Below are positions 19,660 to 29,945 of a stretch of 64,000 bases of DNA, in pieces. The number at the start of each line of letters is the position of its first letter. Position 1 is the first letter of the stretch. Under the pieces are notes generated by a model. It had not been told where the DNA came from and did no database searches. It saw nothing but the letters and a program-made list of their open reading frames with translations. Source of the stretch: an uncultured Gemmatimonadota bacterium. GTDB taxonomy: Bacteria > JAAXHH01. Made by a program: the position numbers and the translations under genes. Location: positions 2,121 to 66,120 of the forward strand of contig CAZQGS010000045.1 of the NCBI GenBank assembly GCA_964593235.1, written 5' to 3'.

Positions 19660-20691
19660 TTACTGCATAAATCGAGTAAATATCTCGATATCAATACTTT
19701 GATTTTTTGAAAATAGCTGTTTCTTTAATTTTGCCTCATTTTGGAACTCTAATTTCCTTAAAAGTTTTTTTGCTAGGCTATTGTTGGAAACTACATAACA
19801 CTGAATTTTCCGCTCTGGAGGCAAAGAAAATGCCTGGACAAGGCATGGGATGTAGCTAGAATAAGCAGGGTGTACAAAAAAATCTAATAAGTCGGGCTGT
19901 TTTCCCCAACGAATATCAGGGATCAGTGTACCATAACCTACTACCGCGTCCCAGTCATTAATTAAAAGATAAGCCTGGTAGTTCTGATTTTGCTGAAGAT
20001 TCTTCATTAGACTCATATAAGCACCTTCAAACATTCGGGGGCCCAGGTGACCCAATGCAATATTTCGAATAGGAGAACCAGTAACCTGAGCACATAGAAC
20101 GTTGAGTGCTGGCCAATGTCCCCAGTCAGCTTTAACTACACGGGCGCTGCTAGACTTAAACCACGCAACCTCATCTTGTTTCTCCATAATAAATTTCATA
20201 TGGCCAGATTTTGGTAATACACTTCGAAAACCAAAGCTATGATATAGGTAATACGGGTGAGTATCGTAACCGGTTGATAAAGTCAAGAACCTACCCGATC
20301 GAGATTTAAAATCTTCTATCACCTCGTTCATAACTAAGCGTGCTATTCCCTTTTTTCGATTCTCCGGCACCGTATACACATGGCTAACAATACCGGCTCT
20401 GTTATTTTCACTAACCATAATATTGGAGACGGTTGAATCATTGATAAGACCAAGATAGAATCTGGTCTGGAGTAATTTGATACGGTTGGCAAAAACTTGG
20501 TCGAGATGCCACTGATCATTCGCACTTTTGTGGCTGATGACTGGCCTTACTAGGTTTTGGTACTTATCGTCAAGTGGATTAACAACCGCAATATCGAGAT
20601 GTTCACCTGTCTGAAGCAATTTTTGAGTTATTAGTGTATACATACCCATAAGACCCGAAGATTCAAATTTTAATTGATTAATATTGACCAA
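19660..20691 (-). CDS. GNAT-family acetyltransferase (tandem GNAT-like)
   Basis: Acetyl-CoA motif VYTVPENRKKGIA and YYLYHSFGF; a second degenerate GNAT domain follows. Confidence 0.7.
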   Translation of the reverse strand: MVNINQLKFESSGLMGMYTLITQKLLQTGEHLDIAVVNPLDDKYQNLVRPVISHKSANDQWHLDQVFANRIKLLQTRFYLGLINDSTVSNIMVSENNRAGIVSHVYTVPENRKKGIARLVMNEVIEDFKSRSGRFLTLSTGYDTHPYYLYHSFGFRSVLPKSGHMKFIMEKQDEVAWFKSSSARVVKADWGHWPALNVLCAQVTGSPIRNIALGHLGPRMFEGAYMSLMKNLQQNQNYQAYLLINDWDAVVGYGTLIPDIRWGKQPDLLDFFVHPAYSSYIPCLVQAFSLPPERKIQCYVVSNNSLAKKLLRKLEFQNEAKLKKQLFSKNQSIDIEIFTRFMQ

Positions 20692-20830
20692 AAGTAATGG
20701 TTATACTATAGGTGTGGATCTAAGTAATCAAATGTAATTTTTTTAGGATTAGGTACAAAGGATAAGTGGTTAGGTCAGCAAATTAGTAGTGTTATGATGA
20801 CTTAGCCAAAATTGATGTACAATAGATAGT

Positions 20831-21106
20831 AAAAAAACAATTTATGAAACCTCTCATAGTATTTTACTGGGATTTTAATTAATCCTGCGTTAATCGGTAA
20901 GGGGCATAAGTATATTAAAATGGTCTCGAAATTACGAAGTGATATGCATATCATGGAGCCTTTCCTGGCATAGATCGAACTGTTTTACCTGGAGGGATAG
21001 AAGACCGAGAGGCAGATTTCAGAAAAACGGAATTCTTTTTGATGACAAACATATCTACTCTCTAACTAAACTAGCTGATAAATTAAATATCCCTTATTAT
21101 TTGTAA
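20831..21106 (+). pseudogene. Frameshifted 3' remnant of an Ldh_2 family oxidoreductase
   Basis: Stitched frames give GILINPALIGKGHKYIKMVSKLRSDMHIMEP / FPGIDRTVLPGGIEDREADFRK / NGILFDDKHIYSLTKLADKLNIPYYL*, which aligns by eye with the C-terminus of 62738..63739. Confidence 0.65.
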
Positions 21107-21139
21107 GATCCCGTAGAAAAGTCAAAATGAGGTAAAATT

Positions 21140-21727
21140 TTGTTCCGACAACATCTTATTAAGCTCCTATACCATTATGTGGATTTATATCCTGATGAAC
21201 TTGAAAAAGTTGAAAAATTTCGGATTTTGATAGAGAAATATCCTGATTGTTTCGAACGAACTTGTCTACCTGCTCACATTACGGGTTCCGCCTGGATTGT
21301 CTCACCCGATCACAGAAAATATCTAATGACTAAACATAGAATCTTCGATCGTTGGTTACAATTAGGAGGACATTCTGATGGATGCTGTGAACCTCATTTA
21401 GTTGCCCTCCGTGAGGCTAGGGAAGAATCCGGATTAACGAGATTTGGGCTTTACTGTGATCCAGCAGGTTTAGTACCGCTCGATATTGACATCCATACAA
21501 TTGGAGCTAGGGGGAATATTCCCTCCCACAAGCATTATGATATCCGATATCTCATGATAGCTGCTACAGAAGAACCATTAAAGATAAGTGATGAATCTCA
21601 CGATTTGGGTTGGTTTGATAAAGCTAGTTTAGAGAATATTTGCCAGGAAAAAAGTATACTCCGCATGTTAATTAAAGGAGATAACATCCTTACATATCAG
21701 GAAGGTAGCGTAATATACGATTTATGA
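21140..21727 (+). CDS. NUDIX hydrolase
   Basis: HITGSAWIV, WLQLGGHSDG...ALREAREESGL Nudix box, HYDIRY. Confidence 0.88.
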   Translation: MFRQHLIKLLYHYVDLYPDELEKVEKFRILIEKYPDCFERTCLPAHITGSAWIVSPDHRKYLMTKHRIFDRWLQLGGHSDGCCEPHLVALREAREESGLTRFGLYCDPAGLVPLDIDIHTIGARGNIPSHKHYDIRYLMIAATEEPLKISDESHDLGWFDKASLENICQEKSILRMLIKGDNILTYQEGSVIYDL

Positions 21728-21854
21728 TGATGATTCTCTTGCCCAGATAAGTTACCTTTGGTATATTTTCCTGTGCAAGCATAAATGATAAATCTTAATC
21801 CGAGGAACCTCGATTCTCTCAAAGTCTTTTTAACCGATATAAAGGTGCCATAAC

Positions 21855-22625
21855 ATGCCTCCACCAGTAGCTCTGCAACTCTATACCCTAAGAGAATTAG
21901 CTGCCCAAGATTTTGAACACGTTGTTAACCTTACCGCGGAAATTGGTTATGTTGGTGTCGAGCCGGCAGGTTTTCCAGGGACATCAGCTAAAGAAGCCGG
22001 CCAACTTTTCAGTTCGCTAAACCTTGAAGTCCCGAGTGCCCATTTACCCCTCCCCATAGGGGATAAGACCTCCTATGTTATTGATACGGCAGGATTGCTA
22101 GGAACTAAACATGTTGTTTCAGGACTAGGAATAGAAGATCACAGCTCTGTCGATAATATTAAACGGACAGCCGAACATTTCAATGAAGCTTCAGCAGCTA
22201 TAGCACCTCATGGCCTTACTTTTGGTATACATAATCATTGGTGGGAATACTTAACGGTAGCTGGAAGAATCGCGACTGATATTCTTCTTGAACATTTATC
22301 TCCTGAGGTGGTTTTTGAAGTGGATGTCTACTGGGTACAGGTTGGCGGTTGCGATCCTGCTGAAGTGCTAAAAAGATTGGGAAATCGAGCACCATTAATT
22401 CATCTTAAGGATGGTCCGTGTTTGAAGGATACAGATATGACTGCTCTCGGGGAAGGATTGGTTGATCTGCCTAAGGTAATCTCAGCCGGAGAGAACAGTA
22501 CCCAATGGCATATTGTTGAGTTAGATAGTTGTGCGACTGATATGGTAACAGCTGTAGAAAAAAGCTATGAATATCTAATAAGATCTGAATTGTCCATTGG
22601 TAATAAAAAAGTAGATAAAAGTTAA
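21855..22625 (+). CDS. Sugar phosphate isomerase/epimerase (IolE/AP-endonuclease-2 TIM barrel)
   Basis: LQLYTLR, HNHWWE, EVDVYW, IHLKD, IVELD. Confidence 0.85.
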   Translation: MPPPVALQLYTLRELAAQDFEHVVNLTAEIGYVGVEPAGFPGTSAKEAGQLFSSLNLEVPSAHLPLPIGDKTSYVIDTAGLLGTKHVVSGLGIEDHSSVDNIKRTAEHFNEASAAIAPHGLTFGIHNHWWEYLTVAGRIATDILLEHLSPEVVFEVDVYWVQVGGCDPAEVLKRLGNRAPLIHLKDGPCLKDTDMTALGEGLVDLPKVISAGENSTQWHIVELDSCATDMVTAVEKSYEYLIRSELSIGNKKVDKS

Positions 22626-22667
22626 TTGAATAATCTACTTTAAAAGGTCAAATAAGGGTAATAGCTT

Positions 22668-23411
22668 ATGAACGAATTTGAAAATGCGATCTTCGAATTA
22701 GATATTTATGGTTTTACTATCTTGGATAAGGTTATAGATCAATCCGAGATAGATTCTATGCGTGCTGTGTTGATACGATTAAATGAAGAAATTGGCGAAG
22801 AACGTACAGGCAATGGCCCATGCAGGCACATAAGTAACCTTCCTACTCTTGATCCTATTTTCTTCCCAGTTATTGATCACCCCCGCATCTTACCTATTCT
22901 GGAATATTATCTTGAACCATCTTTGATTCTGGGTAGTCTGAATAGCCGTATTGTAAGGCCCGGAGATAGCCATCAGGGTTTTCATAGTGATATCCCTCTT
23001 GAAATGCTTAATATGATTTCTCCGGTAATGATGAATACTGTATGGTTATTAGACGATTTTTCCAAGATTAACGGTGGCACTAGAGTTGTTCCTGGTACCC
23101 ACAAAAGTGGTCTCTCTCTTCCCCCTGAAAACATTGACGTGAAGTATTATGTTCAGCCCAACATACCCGCTGGTTCAGTCCTTATTTTTAACGGACAGTG
23201 CTGGCATGGCGGCGGAGCCAATAATAGTGATGGCAATAGACATGCTCTTTTTGGTCACTATAGAAAGGGCCTCCTAAGATTCCAATTTGATCCTCATGAT
23301 AGATTCCCAACAAAATGGTTCGACCTACTGACCGATCGACAAAAAGAACTGATGAGGATGAACAACGGCCTTGATGCTCCAAGAGCTGCAGATGTCCAGA
23401 TATCTAAATAA
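22668..23411 (+). CDS. Phytanoyl-CoA dioxygenase (PhyH) family Fe(II)/2OG dioxygenase
   Basis: FHSD (HxD), NGGTRVVPGTH, WHGGGAN...R. Confidence 0.85.
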   Translation: MNEFENAIFELDIYGFTILDKVIDQSEIDSMRAVLIRLNEEIGEERTGNGPCRHISNLPTLDPIFFPVIDHPRILPILEYYLEPSLILGSLNSRIVRPGDSHQGFHSDIPLEMLNMISPVMMNTVWLLDDFSKINGGTRVVPGTHKSGLSLPPENIDVKYYVQPNIPAGSVLIFNGQCWHGGGANNSDGNRHALFGHYRKGLLRFQFDPHDRFPTKWFDLLTDRQKELMRMNNGLDAPRAADVQISK

Positions 23412-24369
23412 ACAAGACCTCTGGATTTATAATTGAATCTGGTCTCTTTTTCTCCCAGACTTGAAGACATGTTGAAATCGCCATACGCCACATCCGCTCC
23501 CTACTGGCAACCGTGACTCCGGCTATATGTGGCGTAACAAAAACATCCTCTCGATTTAACAATGGATTATCTGGAGAGGGAGGCTCGGGATCAAAAACAT
23601 CTAACCCTGCTCCGGCTAGATGTCCCTTATCCAAGGCTAGATAGAGGGCTTTTTCATCTACTAATGCTCCTCGGGCTACATTAATAAAGTAAGCTCCTCT
23701 TTTCATTTGCAAAAAACGTTCACTATTCATAAGATGTTTTGTTTCTTGAGTTAATGGTGTATGGATAGACACTACATCCGAGGGTGAAAGTACATCTTCG
23801 ATGCATTCTTTTCTTTCTATACCCAATTCGGCTGATTGAGAATCCTCAATATAAGGATCGTAAGCTATAACCCTCATACCCATTGCTGATGCCACCCGAG
23901 CTACTCGACTGCCAATTCGACCTAGGCCAATTAGTCCAAGAGTTTTTTTGTAAATCTCCATACCCTGATAACTCGGCAAGAAATCTTTACTAGGGTTTTC
24001 TATAAACCCTTTGGAAACTTGTTTTAAATTTTTTACCACTACAAGAATGAGCGCAATCGCTGTTTCCGCTGTTGATACCGATGGTCCTTCCGGAGTATTA
24101 CAAACAGCAATACCCCTTTCAGTGGCATCAGATACCACTATGTTATCTATTCCTATACCCGTCCTACAAATAACTTTAAGGTCGGGACATTTTTTTAGAA
24201 AACTTCCATCATACGTCCGCCGGGCCCCGGCAATAATTGCATTAGCGCCTGGCAAAGTTTCCAAGGGAGCTTCTGGGGATTCTTCTGCTGACCCTAGAAC
24301 ATTGAGATTGTTTCTGTACTCCGCTCTAATCAAGGGCGGGATAGTTCGATCTGACCAAAGCTTTAACAT
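23404..24369 (-). CDS. D-isomer-specific 2-hydroxyacid dehydrogenase
   Basis: GIGIDNI, GLGRIG, INVARG, GLDVFDPEP, TPHIAG. Start ATG 24369 after GGAG. Confidence 0.9.
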   Translation of the reverse strand: MLKLWSDRTIPPLIRAEYRNNLNVLGSAEESPEAPLETLPGANAIIAGARRTYDGSFLKKCPDLKVICRTGIGIDNIVVSDATERGIAVCNTPEGPSVSTAETAIALILVVVKNLKQVSKGFIENPSKDFLPSYQGMEIYKKTLGLIGLGRIGSRVARVASAMGMRVIAYDPYIEDSQSAELGIERKECIEDVLSPSDVVSIHTPLTQETKHLMNSERFLQMKRGAYFINVARGALVDEKALYLALDKGHLAGAGLDVFDPEPPSPDNPLLNREDVFVTPHIAGVTVASRERMWRMAISTCLQVWEKKRPDSIINPEVLFI

Positions 24370-24624
24370 TCGCTTCTCCAATATATGTTAAGACCCACTA
24401 AACCTAACCTGGCCGATCATAAAATTAGGTTGCTCAATTACGCACCAGACTTTAAATTACAGAACGCTTCATTTTTTAAACTGTTTATGCCCACTTGGAA
24501 TATCATAAATCTACTTTTGTGAATCGCAAGTCAATTATTATTGGTTTGAAGAAAAATATGTTACCAAAATCTTATTTTTATTTTATGTATCCCAATCAGA
24601 TCTAAAGACGGGAGATAACTGAAA

Positions 24625-26205
24625 TTGATGCGAGTTTATTCTTATATACTTTGCTTTGTTCTTCTTACTGGCCCATCCCACATCCTTGCCCAATCCATAC
24701 AAGATTCATTATCAACATCCCATGACGCGGATTCTGCCAGTATCTTGAGTGAATCTTCCTTAGTACCAGCTAATAGTACTGGTGAAATTGATTTTGCGGT
24801 GGATGTCGGCAGTTTCCGAGGAACCGAAAATCAGACCTACTTAGAGTTCTACTTACTTTGTCGCCCCAGCGAATTTACTCTTGAAGAAAAAGATAATAGA
24901 ATTTATGTCGCGACGTTCTCAATTGAGCTCATAATATCAGACGAAGAAGAAAATATTATTTTTCAAGCTACACATAAACGAGAATATCAAACCGATAGAC
25001 CTGTTGTTGTTACTCGTAGAGGTGAAGAGAGGGTGATATTAGAACAAATAGCTGCAGGAGTTCCTGCCGGTTCTTACCAAGCTACAGTTACCGTAACAGA
25101 TCTGAGTTCTAAGAGAGTTGGGGAGGCAATAAAACCGTTTGTCGCTAAAGATTTTAACACACCGAACCTAGACATAAGTAATATTCAATTTTCAACACTA
25201 ATACAGAAGGCGAAAGAAGAAAATCGGTTTACTAAAAACGGGTTGTTAATTTTACCAAATGCTTTCCGGATTTTTGAGAAATGGGATACTTCACAAGAAA
25301 TTGATAGTTACAAACCCCGCACCTTATATCTCTACTTCGAAATATACAACCTTTCCCTTGACTCTGATCGGACAGGGACGGCGAAATACGATATCTATCC
25401 ATCGGTGACAAGTCATGCAAGTGGTATGACTGTTCCACTCCCTGCTAAACGAGACCGGAAAGTTTCCGGTACTGATGGCTTCGATATAATTGCACTAGAC
25501 TATATGAGTTTCCCTGAAGATATTTATACTGTAAACGTGAAAATAAAAGATCTCATCTCTGGTCTTGAAACTAATGACTCTGCAATTTTTGAAATTGTCC
25601 AACCACCTCCGCCAGCTCCACCAGTTACTGTATTAACAGAAAAACAAGCGAAACGAGGGCGGCGAATGCTTTCTGTTATAGCGACTAAACGTGAAAAAGA
25701 ACTGTATGACAATCTGGATTTAGGGGGAAAAACAAAATTTTTAATAGCATTCTGGCGTATGCGTGATCCAACACCGGAAACACCGGAAAATGAATCGATG
25801 ATTATTTTTAATGAACGTTTCTCATATGCGGACTACCAACTAGGTGGGGTAGAGAGTGACCGTGGATCCATATTCGTCCGGTATGGACAGCCAGAAGAAA
25901 TTGAACGACACGACAGTGACAATATAATGAAATCCTACCAAATCTGGTACTATACGGAAGGGGTTGATGGAGATCCTAACCGAACGAGTGATGGAGGACG
26001 CCATTTTTTCGTCTTTGGTGATCGGCGAGGTATTGGTAGATACGAATTGCTTCATTCATCTGCGAGAGGGGAACTGTACAATCCCCGTTGGCGACAAGAA
26101 CTCCTCCTAATTGATGAGGTTTTCCACACTGATCCTCGAGGATTTCCAGGACCTACCATGGCTCCTCCTACCAACACCGATATTGATGATAAACCTCAGT
26201 ATTAG
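24625..26205 (+). CDS. Secreted GWxTD domain-containing protein
   Basis: Signal peptide, beta-rich N-terminal half, FWRMRDPTPETPENE...GVESDRGSIFVRYGQP...YQIWYY. Confidence 0.8.
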   Translation: MMRVYSYILCFVLLTGPSHILAQSIQDSLSTSHDADSASILSESSLVPANSTGEIDFAVDVGSFRGTENQTYLEFYLLCRPSEFTLEEKDNRIYVATFSIELIISDEEENIIFQATHKREYQTDRPVVVTRRGEERVILEQIAAGVPAGSYQATVTVTDLSSKRVGEAIKPFVAKDFNTPNLDISNIQFSTLIQKAKEENRFTKNGLLILPNAFRIFEKWDTSQEIDSYKPRTLYLYFEIYNLSLDSDRTGTAKYDIYPSVTSHASGMTVPLPAKRDRKVSGTDGFDIIALDYMSFPEDIYTVNVKIKDLISGLETNDSAIFEIVQPPPPAPPVTVLTEKQAKRGRRMLSVIATKREKELYDNLDLGGKTKFLIAFWRMRDPTPETPENESMIIFNERFSYADYQLGGVESDRGSIFVRYGQPEEIERHDSDNIMKSYQIWYYTEGVDGDPNRTSDGGRHFFVFGDRRGIGRYELLHSSARGELYNPRWRQELLLIDEVFHTDPRGFPGPTMAPPTNTDIDDKPQY

Positions 26206-26246
26206 TGGTTATCTATACATGGATAATTGAGCCAGTAAAAGCCCAT

Positions 26247-27533
26247 CTAGTTGTTAAGTATTTTACGCAAACGACCAGCCATAGAATGCATTGTTCGCAG
26301 AGTTAAATGAATCCCATCTGCTTCATCTTCCCTATGAAGTACATCTCCTGCTTCATATGCAGCAGATAGCGCATAACCATTCTCATAAGGGATTAATAAA
26401 TCTACTTCAATACGCTGTTGATCTACTAGCTCCAGCAACCTAACCCGGAGACGTTCAATATCTTCAGGGTTAAAAGCTGATATGGCAATAGAGTCTCGGT
26501 ATGACAACCTAATTAAATCTAATTCATCTCGGTTTTCTAATTGATCAGCCTTATTTAATACCAGCAGGATTGGAAGTTCAGAAACACCCAATTCGTCTAG
26601 CACCTGGTTAACAGTTTCGAGATGTTCTGTTAGATTATGATGGCTTCCATCCACAACATGAACGAGTAAATCTGCATCGTATATTTCTGCTAAAGTACTT
26701 TTGAAGGATGCTATTAAGTGATGGGGTAGTTTACGAATAAAACCAACCGTATCGGAAAGTAAAACTGGCTGATTGGGGGTCACCTTAATAACTCGAGTAG
26801 TAGCATCTAACGTAGCGAAAAGTCGGTCTTCAATCAAAGTTCCTGCATTAGTAAATGAATTAAATATTGTAGATTTTCCAGCGTTTGTATATCCCACCAA
26901 AGCGATGCAAAACATATCATTTCTACGTTTCCGCTGTCTTGTATAGGATTCTACTACTTGTCCCAATTTACGCCGCAGGTGATTTATTCGGCCTCTAATA
27001 AGCCTTCGATCAATCTCAAGCTGTGTTTCGCCTGGGCCTCGGACTCCGATAGCTCCCCCTGAACCTCCTGCAACACCGCCTTCTTGTCGTGACAAATGAT
27101 CCCACTGTCTCGTGAGACGAGGCATCATATATTGCAATTGAGCTAATTCCACCTGCAATTTGGCTTGCATTGACTTAGCCCGCAAAGCAAATATGTCTAG
27201 AATTAAGCCACTTCTGTCTAAAATCCTCCGGTCGATAATTTGGTCAAGATTTTTAACTTGAGCTGGCGAGAGATCATCATCAAAAATTACTAGGTCTATT
27301 TCCTCAGCCTTGCATTGCTCAGCAATTGCCTTGGCTTTTCCTGTGCCAATATAAGATGCTGGGTGCATCGAATGTCGAATTTGAATAACCTTATCTATAA
27401 TCTCCGCTCCAGCCGTATCTGCCAAAAGAGCTAGCTCTTCGAGTGATTCCATTATAGCACCCATCAGGGCTTTAGAAGGTGCCATTCCGACGAGGAGAGT
27501 ACGTTCTCTTATTTTTCGTGTTATTTCATGCAT
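26247..27533 (-). CDS. hflX: Ribosome-splitting GTPase HflX
   Basis: LILDIFA, GPGETQLEIDRR, VGYTNAGKST, DTVGFIRKLPH, NKAD. Confidence 0.96.
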   Translation of the reverse strand: MHEITRKIRERTLLVGMAPSKALMGAIMESLEELALLADTAGAEIIDKVIQIRHSMHPASYIGTGKAKAIAEQCKAEEIDLVIFDDDLSPAQVKNLDQIIDRRILDRSGLILDIFALRAKSMQAKLQVELAQLQYMMPRLTRQWDHLSRQEGGVAGGSGGAIGVRGPGETQLEIDRRLIRGRINHLRRKLGQVVESYTRQRKRRNDMFCIALVGYTNAGKSTIFNSFTNAGTLIEDRLFATLDATTRVIKVTPNQPVLLSDTVGFIRKLPHHLIASFKSTLAEIYDADLLVHVVDGSHHNLTEHLETVNQVLDELGVSELPILLVLNKADQLENRDELDLIRLSYRDSIAISAFNPEDIERLRVRLLELVDQQRIEVDLLIPYENGYALSAAYEAGDVLHREDEADGIHLTLRTMHSMAGRLRKILNN

Positions 27534-27598
27534 TGTAATAAAATTTCTAATTTAATTGAGGGTTTGTTATACCAAATCAAACTCTTATTTAGTCCCAT

Positions 27599-29734
27599 CT
27601 AACCAGTAACTGAAATCTCATTATTGTTGGGACGAACCTGAAAGCCAGATATCCAGTATTCTACCAGGAGAAGTACTAACACTAAAAAAATTATTAATTT
27701 CCAGATCTCATAACTGTCAGAAACAATTTCCCTGATTTCTCCATCAATTATCACTGAAGATTTCTCACTTGACGCACTAATTGTCATTGTATTACGCACC
27801 AAATTTAAAGCATGGTCCAAAGACAAAGTTTCTAAGTCCGACTCTTGAGTACCCCTATTAACAGCAAATGTTCTAAGAGTAAGATTTTCGTTTCGAAGTT
27901 TGTAGATTCCTGGTATTGCCAGATTTGTTAACTGCACGATATTACCACTTGGAGTAACTCTAGGTTGGACTCGTTCAGAAAAGCCTGACGGATATTCCAA
28001 GGCCAATTCATTAGATTTGTTTGTGAAGACTACCGATTGAATCGGTGAATCACCGAGAAGATAACTTCCCCCTGACATTAAGCCTAATGGATGGAGATAA
28101 CGAACACTCCTGTGCATAAATGGAACGAACATACTTTTTACCGCAAAGTTACTCCAGTTAGGGTGTATATCTGTCGCTACAAGTAAAGCGCGACCGCTAC
28201 CATATTGAGCCTCTATAATTGCTGGTGTCCCATCAGTAAATTTTGCTATAATCTGAGAATGGCTGTCTGTATCGATAATATAGGATGTGTAAATATGTAC
28301 TGGGTTAAATGAGATAACTTCCTTAGATTGCTCCGAAAAATGAAAAATAGAATGCTCATAGTCTGCTTGGACTAGCCGCTCAAAATCTTTTCGTTGCCCC
28401 GGAGAACCTTTTATACCTCTGATCGAACTGTCAAAGACATCCTCAAAGAAATTTTTCCCACTATCCGTATTCATCAAATTGGATCCAAGAAAAATTATTA
28501 ACCCACCGCCAGAAGCAATATAGCGCTTCAAACTAGAAAACTTAGCCGGGGTTAAACTAGCTCCACCATCCACAATTAAAACCCCCATATCGGATAGATC
28601 GCTATTTAAAACAGCTATTGGTTTTATTTGCGTTTTAACAGGAGTCATCACCCCTCCTGAGGGAGTAAGTGCCTGTTTAACAAAATAGGTTGAAATAGGG
28701 TGACCTACCAATGTGACTTCATATGTTTCTGGAATAGACATTGTGAAGTAACGTCGATTATCTGCCGAAATATCATCTTCAGCAATCTCTACATACCCAT
28801 TATAAATTCCTGGTTTATTAATTTGGATATTAAATTCCACCGTGCTACTTTCATCTGGGTCAGCATAAATTTTACGACTCCCCCTTCTTTCACCATTGAC
28901 CACTAAATCTACTGACCTAGCAACTATAGGGTAACTAGAATGGTTGGTATAGGTCGCCACAAATTGTTCTGGTTGATTTCCAAAAAGTATCCCTTCGCTT
29001 ACCACCAACTCATCAATACTAGCATTATTAACATCAATATGTTTGATTTTAGTAATATTGTATTGAAAAAATTTATCTAATGGATCTACAGCACTATATC
29101 TATCTATTTCTTCCCACTCATTTTTCTGCAAATCAGACAAAATATATATCTGTTTATCCGAAGAGATAATACTGCCTAGTTTCTTTCTGGCAATATGCAA
29201 TGCTTCTCCAATCTGACCCACGTTTTGAGACACCGTTATATTATCCAAAATATTTCTTAGATCAATAGCATTAGAGGGAACGGCTGGGAGTATCTTAGGT
29301 TTCCTAGAAGTGAGAATAATAAAACCCTTATCACCTTCCTGCATAGTGTCTAAAATTTTCTCAGCTTCGATTTTAGCTTTAAAGAATGGAGTTTGTTCTA
29401 AAATTTCTCCTGCTCCCATACTATAAGAATCATCCAATAAGATAGCGAAGATAGCCTGCGATCGAAGTTCGTTCCCTAGAATATGCCCCATGAAACCTTC
29501 AATGACCGGCCTAGAGAATGCCACAACTAAAAGCAGTACAATAAGCATTCTAATCATAAGGAGCAGAAGCTCTCGAAGTCTGAATATTCGAGAATGTTGA
29601 AGATTTTGCCCTCTGATAAAACTAACAGAACTAAAATTAACGGTCAAAACTCGTTGTCGGTGAAATAGGTGTACAAACAGAGGTACTAGTATTGCAGAAA
29701 GCCCTAAAAGAATCCAAGAGTTAAGAAAAATCAT
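27599..29734 (-). CDS. BatA N-terminal domain plus vWA plus GATase-like membrane protein
   Basis: MIFLN...PLFVHL...LLLMIRML...AFSRP (BatA), LLDDSYSM (vWA MIDAS DxSxS), SDLQ, DNRRYF, C-terminal TM (IWKL...LLVEY). Confidence 0.8.
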   Translation of the reverse strand: MIFLNSWILLGLSAILVPLFVHLFHRQRVLTVNFSSVSFIRGQNLQHSRIFRLRELLLLMIRMLIVLLLVVAFSRPVIEGFMGHILGNELRSQAIFAILLDDSYSMGAGEILEQTPFFKAKIEAEKILDTMQEGDKGFIILTSRKPKILPAVPSNAIDLRNILDNITVSQNVGQIGEALHIARKKLGSIISSDKQIYILSDLQKNEWEEIDRYSAVDPLDKFFQYNITKIKHIDVNNASIDELVVSEGILFGNQPEQFVATYTNHSSYPIVARSVDLVVNGERRGSRKIYADPDESSTVEFNIQINKPGIYNGYVEIAEDDISADNRRYFTMSIPETYEVTLVGHPISTYFVKQALTPSGGVMTPVKTQIKPIAVLNSDLSDMGVLIVDGGASLTPAKFSSLKRYIASGGGLIIFLGSNLMNTDSGKNFFEDVFDSSIRGIKGSPGQRKDFERLVQADYEHSIFHFSEQSKEVISFNPVHIYTSYIIDTDSHSQIIAKFTDGTPAIIEAQYGSGRALLVATDIHPNWSNFAVKSMFVPFMHRSVRYLHPLGLMSGGSYLLGDSPIQSVVFTNKSNELALEYPSGFSERVQPRVTPSGNIVQLTNLAIPGIYKLRNENLTLRTFAVNRGTQESDLETLSLDHALNLVRNTMTISASSEKSSVIIDGEIREIVSDSYEIWKLIIFLVLVLLLVEYWISGFQVRPNNNEISVTG

Positions 29735-29867
29735 TCATTCCCCCATTGTCACCCCACAATATATATCGAAGTTATACTTGTGTAAAACCTAAATAAATAC
29801 CGATAATAGCGTAGGAATTATAAAAACTTATAAATACAAAATTTCATATTTGTAAAACCGATTTTAC

Positions 29868-29896
29868 TTGACACTAAGCCTAGGCTTAGGTATTGT
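29868..29896 (+). promoter_or_regulatory. Sigma-70 promoter of carA with a perfect 16-bp palindrome in the spacer
   Basis: TTGACA ctaagcctaggcttagg TATTGT (17-nt spacer); CTAAGCCTAGGCTTAG is self-complementary. Confidence 0.7.
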
Positions 29897-29945
29897 GTTC
29901 TCGACGTTTGGGAAAAGCCAAATGGTATCTAAATAAGGAGTAAGT

